A DNA stretch of 32,000 nt from Kiritimatiella glycovorans (GCF_001017655.1 NZ_CP010904.1:60001-92000); one strand, 5' to 3'. Counted from the first letter of the stretch, positions 8,597 to 17,958 are shown. Numbers and translations are program-made. Notes: generated by a model not told the origin, from the letters alone.

Positions 8597-8652
8597 CCGC
8601 GGTTCAGGCCAGGCGTTCCTTTCGCCGAGCGGATCCCCGTCGGCGTGTCCTC
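8597..8652 (-). pseudogene. 56-bp scrambled duplicate of the 3' end of the downstream HAD gene (fragment, non-functional)
   Basis: 8597-8618 is identical to 8906-8927, which spans the HAD stop codon. 8618-8652 is identical to 9034-9068 (HAD region encoding EDTPTGIRSAKG). This is the HAD tail with a 106-bp internal deletion, sitting on the far side of repeat copy B. Confidence 0.7.
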
Positions 8653-8897
8653 CTGAGTTCCCCGTCGGGGCACTCAGGATAATATCGTACTCGTACTCGT
8701 ACTCGATTTTCTGATTCCTCCCGCCTCAACCGACCTTCATGCTCTTCATGTCCTTCATGGTCTATCCCACTCCCTCTTACTCTGACCCTGACTCTGACTC
8801 TTACTCTGACTCTGATTCTGATTCTGACTCTGATTCCACTCCTGCATCCCACAAACCACAATATGTACAGGGGTTTTCAGGCAATGTTGAGGTCAGG
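8649..8897 (-). repeat. Modular intergenic repeat, copy B (L1 hairpin, (CGTACT)3, box with micro-ORF, 10-unit hexamer array, terminal 18-mer; lacks the hairpin core)
   Basis: L1 is CCTGAGTTCCCCGTCGGGGCACTCAGG. CGTACT x3 at 8686-8705. Box CCTCAACCGACCTTCATGCTCTTCATGTCCTTCATGG at 8724-8760. CTGCATCCCAC, ACAGGGG, and GGCAATGTTGAGGTCAGG at 8880-8897. Each block is shared with copy D and/or C. Confidence 0.8.
8775..8834. repeat. Hexanucleotide microsatellite (TCTKAY)10 inside repeat copy B
   Basis: Ten tandem units: TCTTAC TCTGAC CCTGAC TCTGAC TCTTAC TCTGAC TCTGAT TCTGAT TCTGAC TCTGAT. The equivalent position in copy C carries a different hexamer array (GATTTC/GACTTC/GATTCG, 14543-14574). Confidence 0.9.
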
Positions 8898-8912
8898 CGC
8901 GGGAGCCGCGGT

Positions 8913-9596
8913 TCAGGCCAGGCGTTCGAGGTCGGCGGGCGTGAGGCCTTCCAGCGTATCGACGGTCCAGTCGGCCGAGAGGTCGGCGGGATTCACGTAG
9001 GGCGTACGGACGGCCAGCACCCGCAGCCCGCTCCCTTTCGCCGAGCGGATCCCCGTCGGCGTGTCCTCGATCGCCACGCCCGTCTCCGGTTCGCCGCACG
9101 CGTGGGGATGACGCGCCCGCAGGCCGTCCCACGCGCGGCGGTACGATTCCGGGTCCGGTTTGCTGACCTCGACATCGTCGGCGGTCACCATCACTTCGAA
9201 CGCGCCGGTGAGCTCCAGCCGCGCGAGGATGGGATCGATGTCGCGGCGCAGTGCGCCGCTGCACAGCGCCAGCGGCATCGCGTGTTCGTGGACGGCGCGG
9301 ATCAGTTCGACGGCGCCGGGACAGGGATGGACGTCGCCTTCGTGCACTTTGCGCTCGAACGCCTCGGCCTTGAGGCGGATCAGTTCCCGCATCCGGGATT
9401 CGTCCAGGTCCCGGCCCGCGCGGCGGAAAAACGTGCGCAGTGCGTCGCGGTCGTCGAAGCCGATGTAATCCGCGGCGTACTCCTCCCAGCTGACCGGAAT
9501 GCCTTCCGGTGCGAGCACCTCGCAGAAAGCCGCGTGGTGCAGCGGCTCGCTGTCCACGATCACTCCGTCGAAGTCCATCACGATTCCCGTCGGCAT
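8913..9596 (-). CDS. HAD-IA family hydrolase (phosphatase / beta-phosphoglucomutase-like)
   Basis: MPTGIVMDFDGVIVDSEP (DxDG motif I), LCSG (motif II region), KPDPESY (motif III Lys), IEDTPTGIRSAKGSG (motif IV). Confidence 0.8.
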   Translation of the reverse strand: MPTGIVMDFDGVIVDSEPLHHAAFCEVLAPEGIPVSWEEYAADYIGFDDRDALRTFFRRAGRDLDESRMRELIRLKAEAFERKVHEGDVHPCPGAVELIRAVHEHAMPLALCSGALRRDIDPILARLELTGAFEVMVTADDVEVSKPDPESYRRAWDGLRARHPHACGEPETGVAIEDTPTGIRSAKGSGLRVLAVRTPYVNPADLSADWTVDTLEGLTPADLERLA

Positions 9597-9600
9597 GAGC

Positions 9601-9700
9601 CGTCTCCCTCCGGTTTGCCGGCTGCGTTAGGGTCCGGGCGGGAAAGTGTCCCCCATTTTGCGGTGCGGTGCAATAGTGTGAGTCCGGCAAGCCGGAGACG
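9601..9700 (-). promoter_or_regulatory. Long-range stem-loop in the 5' leader of the HAD gene that places the Shine-Dalgarno in a bulge (candidate translational control element)
   Basis: 9601-9607 pairs with 9694-9700 (7 bp). 9612-9621 pairs with 9684-9693 (10 positions, one non-Watson-Crick). The 4-nt bulge at 9608-9611 is GGAG on the mRNA strand, 5 nt before the ATG at 9596. Confidence 0.3.
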
Positions 9701-9784
9701 ATGTATGCCGCCCGGGGACCTATCTGCGCAGGGCGCCGGCTCAGCGGCCTCGATATCTGGTGCGACGGCGCGGGAACCGGGGGC

Positions 9785-12694
9785 TCAACCCAGCGGCTTC
9801 GCGACGCGGTCGCCTGCCGCGGTCAGCTCCATGTCCTCGCCGCAGAGCTTCAACGACATCGGCTCGCCTTCCAGCAGGGTCACGCCCGCTTCATTCCGGG
9901 AGACATTTATCTTCAGTCGGCGGCCTTTCCAGGTGACCGGGAATGCAAGGCCTTCCCATGCATCCGGGAGGACGGGATTGAATTCGAGTCCGCCGGGGTA
10001 GTCGCGCATCCCGCCGAACCCGTGGACCACGGTCATCCAGCAGCCGCCGAGGCAGGCGGAGTGCACGCCGCCGGCGGTATTGTTTTTGAAATCGTGGATG
10101 TCCATCAGCGCCGTCTGGCGGAAGAAGCCGTAGGCGTCCTCGATGTCCCCGATCTCGCAGGCAAGGATATTGTGCATGCAGGGGGAGAGGGAGGATCCGT
10201 GATTGGTGCGCGGTTCGTAGAAGCGGTAGTTGCGTTCCTTGAGTTCCCGGCTGAACCGGTGGCCCTGCGTGAACATCAGCATCACCGTATCCGCCTGTTT
10301 GATGACCTGCATGCGCCAGAGGTTCAGCGGGTGGTGGTGCGACCGGATGTCGGTGTTTTTCGGTACGAGGTCCATATCCACAGGATCCAGCTCAAGAAAA
10401 CAGTCGTCCTGCGGCGTAATTCCGAGTTCGTCGTCGTAGGGCACATACATCCTTTCCGCCGCCCGGCGCCAGCGCCCGACTTCCTCCTCATCCAGACCGA
10501 TCCTTGCGCGCAGAGCTTCGAGGGCCTGCGGCGCGTCCCGCTCCATGCGGGCGTACACCTCGCAGGCGTATTCGAACATCCAGCGTGTCATCACGTTCGT
10601 ATAGGCGTTATTGTTGACCCCGCAGCCGTACTCGTCCGGGCCGCAGACGACATTGAGACAGAACCGCCCGCCCTTATGATCCACGTAACAACCGCGGTCC
10701 TCCATGAATCGTGAGACTTCAAAAAGGATTTCCGCTCCCTTTTCGAACAGGAACGCGTCGTCGCCGGTCATCCGGTCGTACAGTCCGATGGCGCAGGCGA
10801 TATCGGCGACCAGGTGATACTGGGCCGTGGCGGCTTCGAATACGTGTCCGCACTCTTCGCCCTTGACCGAGTTCCATGAAAAAAGCGCGCCTTTGCCTTC
10901 CATCTCGCGGGCGCGTTCGCGGGCCTTGTCGAGAATGCTGTAGCGGTACTCGAGCAGCGGCCGTACGCTCTCCGGCTGGGTGTAGACGAAGGCCGGCACC
11001 ATGTACATTTCGGTGTCCCAGAACACGTGCCCGGAATACTGGTCGCCCGAGAGCCCGTTGGCGCTGATGCTGCGGTTGCCCCGCTCCGGGTTGCCCTGGC
11101 GGAGGTGGAAGAGATTGAAGCGGACCGCCTGCTGGTCCTGCACGGGGCCGTCGATCTCCAGGTCCGCGTCCCTCCAGAACCGGGCCCAGAATGACTCCTG
11201 TTCCCGCCGCAGTTCTTCGTAGCCCGCCTTTCGTGCCGAGGCGACCTCCTCCACGGCGCGCGGTTTGATGTCATCCTCCGGGCCGTCCATGGTGGACCAC
11301 ACGCCGAAGATCTTGTCGAGCGTCGCCCCCGTCTCCGCCGTATAGCGAAATACAAAATCGCTTCCCTCGAGGCTTCTTTCCCCCTCCGGCGAGTGGGCCT
11401 GTGCCACGGCTGCGGCGTCGTCCGAGGTGACGAGCTCCTGCACGGCGACCTCGATGCCGTCTTCTTCGCCGGTTTCACGGACGCGGACCTGTTCACCGCC
11501 CATCACCCGGCTCGGCACGAGCAGGCGGGTGCGTGAGGTCAGTGAAAGCCGCGTGCCCTGCGGGGCCTTTACGGAATACCGCAGGGCGCCGATCTGGCGG
11601 CGGACCATCGACACCAGCCGTTCCGTGTGAACTTCCACTTCCGTGCCGGCCGTCGTGGTCCAGATAAAGGAGCGCTCGACGATGCCGCGCTTCAGATCGA
11701 GCCGGCGGCAATGGTCGCGAACCGTCGAGGAGGCGATGCTGAATCGTTCGCCGTCGACTTCGAGATCGATGTTGACCCAGTCGCACATGTTGAGGATCGC
11801 GTGCCGGTATTCGGGGAATCCGGGCATCTTCCAGATGTGGTGGTACGGCTCGTAGCCGCACAGCCCGTTGACGAGGGTCGCCGGGTAGGCGTCGTAGCCC
11901 GGTTCGCTCTCTTCGAAGGTTCCGCGCACGCCGAAGACACCGTTGGTCAGCGCGAGGGCCGTCTCCCAGTAGGGGCAGCGGTCGGGCCGCACTTCGTCCT
12001 CGGTCAGACTCCACGGTTCGGCGGGCACGGACCGGACGCGGCCCGCATCGAGGAGGGCCTGCACATCGATCCGCGCGTAATCCTCCACGGTCTCGCCGGC
12101 CGAGGGCAGCCGTTCCCGCGGGCCGACGCCGACGCACTTCATGCCCGCGGCGCGGGCGGCCTCGACCCCCGATTCGGCATCCTCGAACACGAGGCAATGA
12201 TAGGGATGCATGTTCACGCGTTCGGCCCCCAGCAGAAAAATGTCGGGGGCCGGCTTGGGGTTTTCGATGTCGTGTCCGGTGACGACCGCGTCGAAATACT
12301 CGCCGATCCCGAGCGCATCGAGCACCGTCTGCGCATTTTTACTCGAAGAGCAGCAGGCCGTGCGCGTGCCCTCGGCCCTGAGGCGCCGGAGCAGATCAAG
12401 GGCGCCGGGATAGAGATCCTCCTCGTTGATCTCCTTGAGCAGCTCCCTGTAATACTCGTTCTTTACGTCGGCCAGCCGCTCCTTCTCCTCCTGCGGCAGC
12501 TCCACATGGTTGTGGTCGAGGATGACCTGCAGCGAGGCCAGGCGCGGCACGCCGCGACAGCGGTGATTGATCTCCTCGTCGAATGCCCACCCCTTTTCGT
12601 CGGCGAGCTTCTTCCAGCCGAGATAGTGATACTTGTCCGTGAACACCACCACGCCGTCGAGATCGAATAAAACCGCCCGTATCTGATGTGCCAT
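9785..12694 (-). CDS. Fusion protein: beta-phosphoglucomutase (HAD) N-terminal domain + GH65 disaccharide phosphorylase (kojibiose/maltose/trehalose phosphorylase family)
   Basis: N-terminus AVLFDLDGVVVFTDKYHYLGW..RGVPRLASL..KPAPDIFL..VFEDAESGVEAA (beta-PGM signature). The rest has GH65 signatures: GHVFWDTEMYMVPAF, VCGPDEYGCGVNNNAYTN (catalytic-acid region), SLSPCMH. Single 969-aa ORF. Confidence 0.85.
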   Translation of the reverse strand: MAHQIRAVLFDLDGVVVFTDKYHYLGWKKLADEKGWAFDEEINHRCRGVPRLASLQVILDHNHVELPQEEKERLADVKNEYYRELLKEINEEDLYPGALDLLRRLRAEGTRTACCSSSKNAQTVLDALGIGEYFDAVVTGHDIENPKPAPDIFLLGAERVNMHPYHCLVFEDAESGVEAARAAGMKCVGVGPRERLPSAGETVEDYARIDVQALLDAGRVRSVPAEPWSLTEDEVRPDRCPYWETALALTNGVFGVRGTFEESEPGYDAYPATLVNGLCGYEPYHHIWKMPGFPEYRHAILNMCDWVNIDLEVDGERFSIASSTVRDHCRRLDLKRGIVERSFIWTTTAGTEVEVHTERLVSMVRRQIGALRYSVKAPQGTRLSLTSRTRLLVPSRVMGGEQVRVRETGEEDGIEVAVQELVTSDDAAAVAQAHSPEGERSLEGSDFVFRYTAETGATLDKIFGVWSTMDGPEDDIKPRAVEEVASARKAGYEELRREQESFWARFWRDADLEIDGPVQDQQAVRFNLFHLRQGNPERGNRSISANGLSGDQYSGHVFWDTEMYMVPAFVYTQPESVRPLLEYRYSILDKARERAREMEGKGALFSWNSVKGEECGHVFEAATAQYHLVADIACAIGLYDRMTGDDAFLFEKGAEILFEVSRFMEDRGCYVDHKGGRFCLNVVCGPDEYGCGVNNNAYTNVMTRWMFEYACEVYARMERDAPQALEALRARIGLDEEEVGRWRRAAERMYVPYDDELGITPQDDCFLELDPVDMDLVPKNTDIRSHHHPLNLWRMQVIKQADTVMLMFTQGHRFSRELKERNYRFYEPRTNHGSSLSPCMHNILACEIGDIEDAYGFFRQTALMDIHDFKNNTAGGVHSACLGGCWMTVVHGFGGMRDYPGGLEFNPVLPDAWEGLAFPVTWKGRRLKINVSRNEAGVTLLEGEPMSLKLCGEDMELTAAGDRVAKPLG

Positions 12695-12904
12695 CGCTGC
12701 TTCCTTTCAGTCGCGTGATTCGTAAATTGATGAATAGTTCAGGTTAAATCGCGAGCGGCCTTTTTATCCGTTCATATAAAGACGGGCAAGGGAAATGCCC
12801 TGCGAACATCGCAGTTGCTTTCGTCGTCCGCGGCTGCCACAATAAAGGCCGCCGGGGATGGGTGCGATACGGGGCGGTGGAATCCGGTGCGAGGAGAACA
12901 AGCA

Positions 12905-14380
12905 ATGAACGTGACGCTACGGTTTTTTGCAGCAATGTTTGCAGTCATTTTCCTTTTCTGCGGACTGGCCGCATCCGGCGGCTCCGAAACCGCCGGGGAA
13001 CTCCCGGGACGGCCCTGGTTCCTGGACGAGCACAACCGCCACTTTATCATGAACGGGGTGGTGATGAACACCGAGGATTCGCGCGGGGATCTTCATTTTC
13101 CGCGCGAAGCCTACGAGCGCATGCGTCCGATGGGGCTCAACGTCCAGGTCGTTCGTCTGCTGTGTCCCCGCCTGGGCGGGTGGCCGGGGACGGAATGGGA
13201 TCCGGAGTACCTGGAGAAGGTTGACCGGCTGGTCCGCCTCGGGCGGGAGGCCGGGATGAAGACGATCTTCAAGATGACGCTCTACGATCTGACCGATGTC
13301 GCCTATGGCAAACTTACAGAAGAGCATTGGGCCCAACTCTTTCTCGACAGGGATGACACTCAGGAGGCCTATCTCGGGGCCTGGATGCGGGTGTTCGAAC
13401 GTTACGCCGACAACTGCGCCGTCTATGGATACGACCTGCTCAACGAGCCGCTCGCGGCGGGCGGGGGTTCGCGCCGCAAGGTGTGGGAGGTCGCGCCCGA
13501 GCTGGGCGGGCCGGAGCGTTTCGAGCGGGAGTATTTCATGCCGCTGTACCGGCGGGTGATCGACCGTCTGCGCGAGATCAGTCCGGATAAGTGGGCCTTC
13601 TTCCAGCCGATGCACGTGACGATTCCCGAGCACATCGAGAGCGGGTTTCCCTGCCACCGGGTCACCATTTCGCCCAGGCGCGACCAGACGGCCTACGCGC
13701 CACACTACTATGGTACGGAGCCGGAAAAGGCTGTAAATCGTTATCTGGAGGACGCCGCCGTGGCCGGCACGCCGCTGTTTATCGGAGAATACGGTCCGGC
13801 GACGAAAGAGCGCACCGACACCAATCTTCAGGCGCAGATCGACTACAAGCTCAACCTCATGCGCACCGTGGAACTTTTGGACCGGAATGTGATCGGGCAT
13901 GTCAAGGCGTGGTGGTGCGGAAGCCGTGTCTACAACGCCAGCGCGCATCAGCGCCATCGGCGCACATGGGCGATTTTCAAGGGCGATTCGCAGGCCCTGG
14001 GGCCGGAGCGCGAATACATTCTGGATGTCATGGCCCGCCCCCGTCCGCTTTTCGTGGCGGGCAAAGTCGGGGCGTTTCACTTTGATTTCGCGACCCGCGT
14101 CTTCGAGATGGAGTTCTCTCCCGGCGCGGCGAGGGGGCCTTCCGAGATCTTTATTCCCGCCGACCGGCACTACCCCGACGGGTTCCGCATTCGCTATCGC
14201 GACCTGGAACTCGCCTGGAACCCGAAGAAACCGCGCGGTTTCAGCGTGGTAAGCAACCCGGAACGCTACAACCGCTGGTTGTTTCGCTGGAATCGCAAGC
14301 AGCAGCGGCTGATCGTAAAGCGCTGGCCCGATCACGAACCCGTGGCGACCCTGCGGGTGGTGCCCGGGTGGAGAGACTGA
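12905..14380 (+). CDS. Secreted glycoside hydrolase family 5 protein
   Basis: GAGGAG RBS before the ATG at 12905. Signal peptide MNVTLRFFAAMFAVIFLFCGLAASGG. GH5 acid/base motif GYDLLNEP and nucleophile motif PLFIGEYG. The 12815 start in the track adds a non-signal extension. Confidence 0.8.
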   Translation: MNVTLRFFAAMFAVIFLFCGLAASGGSETAGELPGRPWFLDEHNRHFIMNGVVMNTEDSRGDLHFPREAYERMRPMGLNVQVVRLLCPRLGGWPGTEWDPEYLEKVDRLVRLGREAGMKTIFKMTLYDLTDVAYGKLTEEHWAQLFLDRDDTQEAYLGAWMRVFERYADNCAVYGYDLLNEPLAAGGGSRRKVWEVAPELGGPERFEREYFMPLYRRVIDRLREISPDKWAFFQPMHVTIPEHIESGFPCHRVTISPRRDQTAYAPHYYGTEPEKAVNRYLEDAAVAGTPLFIGEYGPATKERTDTNLQAQIDYKLNLMRTVELLDRNVIGHVKAWWCGSRVYNASAHQRHRRTWAIFKGDSQALGPEREYILDVMARPRPLFVAGKVGAFHFDFATRVFEMEFSPGAARGPSEIFIPADRHYPDGFRIRYRDLELAWNPKKPRGFSVVSNPERYNRWLFRWNRKQQRLIVKRWPDHEPVATLRVVPGWRD

Positions 14381-14394
14381 GGGGCGGGGTCAGA

Positions 14395-14575
14395 CTCCTG
14401 AGTTCAACATGGGGACACCCGGGGGAATATCGTACTCGTACTCAGCGAAGCGGTACTCGTACTCGAATTCCTTGAATCGATGGATGGGATCGCGCCTTCG
14501 GCGCTCCGAGTACGCGTACGAATTATGTTCTCTCTGAATCCCGATTTCGACTTCGATTCGGATTTCGAGATTTCA
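14395..14575 (-). repeat. Modular intergenic repeat, copy C (L1 end, hexamer arms, hairpin core, alternative hexamer array; lacks the micro-ORF box)
   Basis: CTCCTGAGTT.. L1 end as in copy B. CGTACTCGTACTCAGCGAAGCGGTACTCGTACTCG arm, matching copy A in reverse complement. 14458-14521 is 64/64 identical to 18423-18486 (copy D). GTACGAATTATGTTC junction as in copy A. Hexamer array at 14543-14574. Confidence 0.85.
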
Positions 14576-14601
14576 TCCGTGTCATCGGTGTAATCCGGTG
14601 C

Positions 14602-14625
14602 GCCAAGCAAAGCTTGGCTGTTTCT
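14602..14625 (+). terminator. Perfect 7-bp hairpin followed by a T-rich tract (terminator-like)
   Basis: GCCAAGC-AAA-GCTTGGC followed by TGTTTCT. A second hairpin, GCCGCT-GATCA-AGCGGC (14685-14701), is also followed by a T-rich run. Both lie downstream of GH5 and repeat copy C on the + strand. Confidence 0.35.
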
Positions 14626-15041
14626 AACTGAATGAAAGGAGTCACCCATTAGAGGTTCCGGTCAAACACAAAAGTCCCCTTCGTGCCGCTGATCAAGCGG
14701 CTTCCCTTCATGCCTTGTTTTGATCGGATTCAACCGTCGCCTCAACCGTTGCGTTCCGTACCGTGGTTTTCGTTTGCGGTTGTTTCAGTCACCCATCTGG
14801 TTTTTAGGTGAGGGCGAATCTTTTCCAGATCCATGGCCGCCACCCGTTCTCGTATTGGAGCCAGAAAACCGTTTGTTCCCGCTCGTTGCCTATTCAGTCA
14901 CCGTGGTTCATCTGCACGCAGACTTCCAGACCCTTGAAGGCTGACGACAGGACAGACCGCAAAAGCTGAAGCGATGCCGCCGGTTCCAATCAGTCCGCTG
15001 ATTTAAGCAGACCCCTAGCCGGTTCCCGGCAGCATCGGGTT

Positions 15042-16070
15042 TTAAAACAACATTCCCATTACATATTCCTCCCCGTTCATGACATGCCAAACGGCTTTGG
15101 ACAATTTTGCCGCCAAGGCCTTCTTCGCCACAATCGCGTTGCGCTTTTTCTTCTTCCGGTCATACCAGGATTGAATCTCCGGATAAAAGCGCGGAGCGAA
15201 GCTCGCGGCTTCAACGAAAGCCCATGCGAGAAACGGATTGCCGTTGCGCTTATTGTTCTCACCTTTCTTCCTGCTGTTGGAACTTCGCTCACTTTTGACG
15301 GCGCGGCAGTAGGAGGCGTAGCATCCCGCGTTCGGGAAGCGGGCGAAGTTGCCGCTTTCAAGCACGATGGTCATCCCAAGCGCCTTCCCGATGCCCGGCA
15401 CGGTCTGAACCTGTTCAAACGATGGGTTGGGCTCAATAAACCCCAGCACCGCTGATTCGATCTGTCCGGCCAGCCGCTCACTGCACTGGACCGCCTCAAG
15501 CAACGTGCGGAGTTGAAGCTGTACGAACGGATCAAGGCCCGTCGCCTCGGCATCCGCCTGCGTCCACTGCTGAAGAGCACGCGATCCCGGCGCCTTGAAT
15601 CCGTAACGCTCCAGCAGGCTTTGCAGGCTGAGCATAACCTGGGTGCGCCGCCTGACAAACAGCTGTCGGCGTCGAAGCGCGTCGCGAATCGAACGAACCT
15701 CCTTCGGATAAATGTAGCTCTCCGGGAAAATATCCAATCGGAGCAGTTCGGCCAGCCAACGAGCATCCGATGCGTCATCGGCATGTTTCAACCCCTTGTA
15801 CTGTTTCATCTTCGCCGGATTCCCCAATCGCACGTCCCGGTTCTGCTCACGCAAGCCGTCCACCAGCCAGTACCAGTTGAACGTGGACTCAATCCCCATC
15901 GCCTGAACCTGCGGCCAGTAGGGATCCATCGCCTCATTGACTGCATCGAGCGTGGTTCGTACCCGCCGCCGGAAGACTTCCGTGCCTTCCCGGTCGCAAA
16001 TCGAGAGAAAAACATTGTTTCCATGCAGGTCGGCTCCTGCGTACAATTCCTTTGCGCTGGTCGTTTGCAT
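15042..16070 (-). CDS. IS110-family transposase (DEDD/RuvC-like N-domain + Transposase_20 C-domain)
   Basis: MQTTSAKELYAGADLHGNNVFLSICDREG.. N-terminus. C-terminal VPGIGKALGMTIVLESGNFARFPNAGCYASYCRAV.. SERSSNSRKKGENNKRNGNPFLAWAFVEAA, typical of IS110/IS1111 recombinases. AAAGGAG RBS 7 nt upstream. Confidence 0.9.
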   Translation of the reverse strand: MQTTSAKELYAGADLHGNNVFLSICDREGTEVFRRRVRTTLDAVNEAMDPYWPQVQAMGIESTFNWYWLVDGLREQNRDVRLGNPAKMKQYKGLKHADDASDARWLAELLRLDIFPESYIYPKEVRSIRDALRRRQLFVRRRTQVMLSLQSLLERYGFKAPGSRALQQWTQADAEATGLDPFVQLQLRTLLEAVQCSERLAGQIESAVLGFIEPNPSFEQVQTVPGIGKALGMTIVLESGNFARFPNAGCYASYCRAVKSERSSNSRKKGENNKRNGNPFLAWAFVEAASFAPRFYPEIQSWYDRKKKKRNAIVAKKALAAKLSKAVWHVMNGEEYVMGMLF

Positions 16071-16600
16071 ATCCGGTACTCCTTTCGTTTTTGCTTAAAC
16101 AAAGAGTACGTTGCATTCGACCAGCGTCTATTTCAAAGAACCTCTATATGGTTATCAGTCGTGTGAATTGATCGTTGCACATGTAGCCGACCCAGCGGTG
16201 ATCGGGGGTAACCCCGGCGTCGAAGCCTGGGAAGGCGAACGCGCGAGCCGTAGCGAAAGCGAACTTGATTCAGCCTCGTTACACAAGTCGAGGGCGGCCA
16301 GCCTATCGGATATGATGAAGCCAGCACTTGTCGGGAAGGAACGGTCATATGCACCGGCAAGGCCCTCCGGGGTAACAAGAGATGGCGCGCGCGGAAAGAA
16401 CAGCCAGGAACTTGGGAGACCCGTCGTGATGTCGGGCAAGCCGACAAGCCCGTGGGGGAATCAATAACCTTGGGGGTGGTCATGTGCGGGGGTCGGAGAG
16501 GCTCGTAGTAGTGATGAAGCGGGGTAATGCCCGTGGAGCGAAGGGGCCTCGGCGGAAGACGAGCTGAGTAAGAAGCGCGGGGGACTGATTGGTGAAACCT

Positions 16601-17932
16601 ATGACAGAAGAAGCGACGGAGTACTATCGCATTGACGACAGACTCTTGCCGCCGAAACTCGCCGCGCTGAGACAGAAGCTGAGTCAGAAGGCCAAACAGG
16701 AGAAGCGGTTTCGCTTCTACAGTCTCTATGGCCACATTGGCCGGGCCGACACTCTGCTGGCGGCATGGAAACATGTACGCGCTAACGGCGGAAAAGAAGG
16801 CCCCGATGGTGTGACCATCGAGGACATCGAACAGAGTCAAGGAGGAGTCGAAGCCTTCTTGGCGGATATTGAACGCAGCCTGAAGGATCGAACCTACCGT
16901 GCTGGAAAAGTGCGGCGGGTCTACATCCAGAAGGTGAACGGGAAACTCCGTCCCTTGGGAATACCCTCGGTGCGGGATCGGGTCGTGCAGACCGCTACGG
17001 TTCTGATATTGGAACCGATCTTTGAAGCTGACTTCAAGGACTGCTCCCATGGGTTCCGGCCTGAGCGCTCGGCGCATGATGCGTTGAAGGCGATTGGGCA
17101 GGAGCTCCGGCAAGGGCGGTGTGCGGTGTATGATGCGGATCTGGCCGGCTATTTCGACAGTATTCCACACGACAAGCTCATCGCTTGTGTGCAGATGCGT
17201 GTCACCGACCGGTCCGTGCTGAAGCTGATCCGAATGTGGCTGAAAGCGCCGGTAGAGGAAACGGAGAAAGGCAAACCGCCGACCGTGAAGCGCAACGACA
17301 AGGGCACGCCGCAAGGCGGGGTCATTTCGCCGCTTCTGGCCAACATCTATCTGCACTGGTTCGATGCGGTGTTTTACCGCAAAGACGGACCGGCACGGTG
17401 GGCGAAGGCCAAACTGGTGAGGTACGCCGATGACTTCGTGGTCCTCGCCCGGTATATCGGTCCGCAACTCGAAGCGTTCATCGAAGCCAAGATAGAAGGG
17501 TGGCTCGGGCTGAAGATCAACCGGGACAAGACCCGGATACTCGATGCTCGGGAACCGGGGCAGACGCTGGACTTTCTCGGATATAGCTTCCGCTATGACC
17601 GGGACCTCGGCGGACGCCCGTGCCGGTACTGGAACCTGACACCGTCGCGGAAAGCGCTCCAACGGGAACGTGATCGGCTTCGGGAGATGACCGGACCGGA
17701 ACAATGCTTCAAACCTCTGCCGACGGTGATCGACGAACTCAACATGCAAATGCGAGGATGGGCAAACTACTTCTCGCTGGGTTATCCGCGTGTGGCATTC
17801 CGCCACGTCAATGGATACGTGCGACAGCGTCTCACGCGACATGCGAAACGACGCAGTCAGCGCGGCTACTGGCCCCCTGAAGGTATGAGCTACTACGCGC
17901 ATTTCAAGAACATGGGACTGATCTACCTGTGA
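16601..17932 (+). CDS. Group II intron reverse transcriptase/maturase (no En/HNH domain evident)
   Basis: RT motifs: [52 protein letters not shown], and the YADDFVV catalytic box. Maturase X domain: [11 protein letters not shown]. The product ends shortly after X, with no Zn-finger or HNH. TTG at 16589 and GTG at 16592 are alternative starts. Confidence 0.9.
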   Translation: MTEEATEYYRIDDRLLPPKLAALRQKLSQKAKQEKRFRFYSLYGHIGRADTLLAAWKHVRANGGKEGPDGVTIEDIEQSQGGVEAFLADIERSLKDRTYRAGKVRRVYIQKVNGKLRPLGIPSVRDRVVQTATVLILEPIFEADFKDCSHGFRPERSAHDALKAIGQELRQGRCAVYDADLAGYFDSIPHDKLIACVQMRVTDRSVLKLIRMWLKAPVEETEKGKPPTVKRNDKGTPQGGVISPLLANIYLHWFDAVFYRKDGPARWAKAKLVRYADDFVVLARYIGPQLEAFIEAKIEGWLGLKINRDKTRILDAREPGQTLDFLGYSFRYDRDLGGRPCRYWNLTPSRKALQRERDRLREMTGPEQCFKPLPTVIDELNMQMRGWANYFSLGYPRVAFRHVNGYVRQRLTRHAKRRSQRGYWPPEGMSYYAHFKNMGLIYL

Positions 17933-17958
17933 AACCATCCAACAAATGCCTTCCGCGA

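Noticed and set aside
8686-8834. Tandem repeats considered as a possible CRISPR array (also 14431-14574 and 18473-18502).
   Set aside because: The repeat unit is 6 bp (9 bp in the box) with no unique spacers of about 30 bp, and there are no cas genes. These are microsatellite-type arrays.
15046-15056. ACAACATTCCC near the transposase stop resembles the reverse complement of the repeat terminal 18-mer (TCAACATTGCC).
   Set aside because: Only 9 of 11 positions match. It lies inside the transposase coding sequence (..MGMLF-stop) and is in the wrong orientation relative to copy C. It is most likely coincidence.
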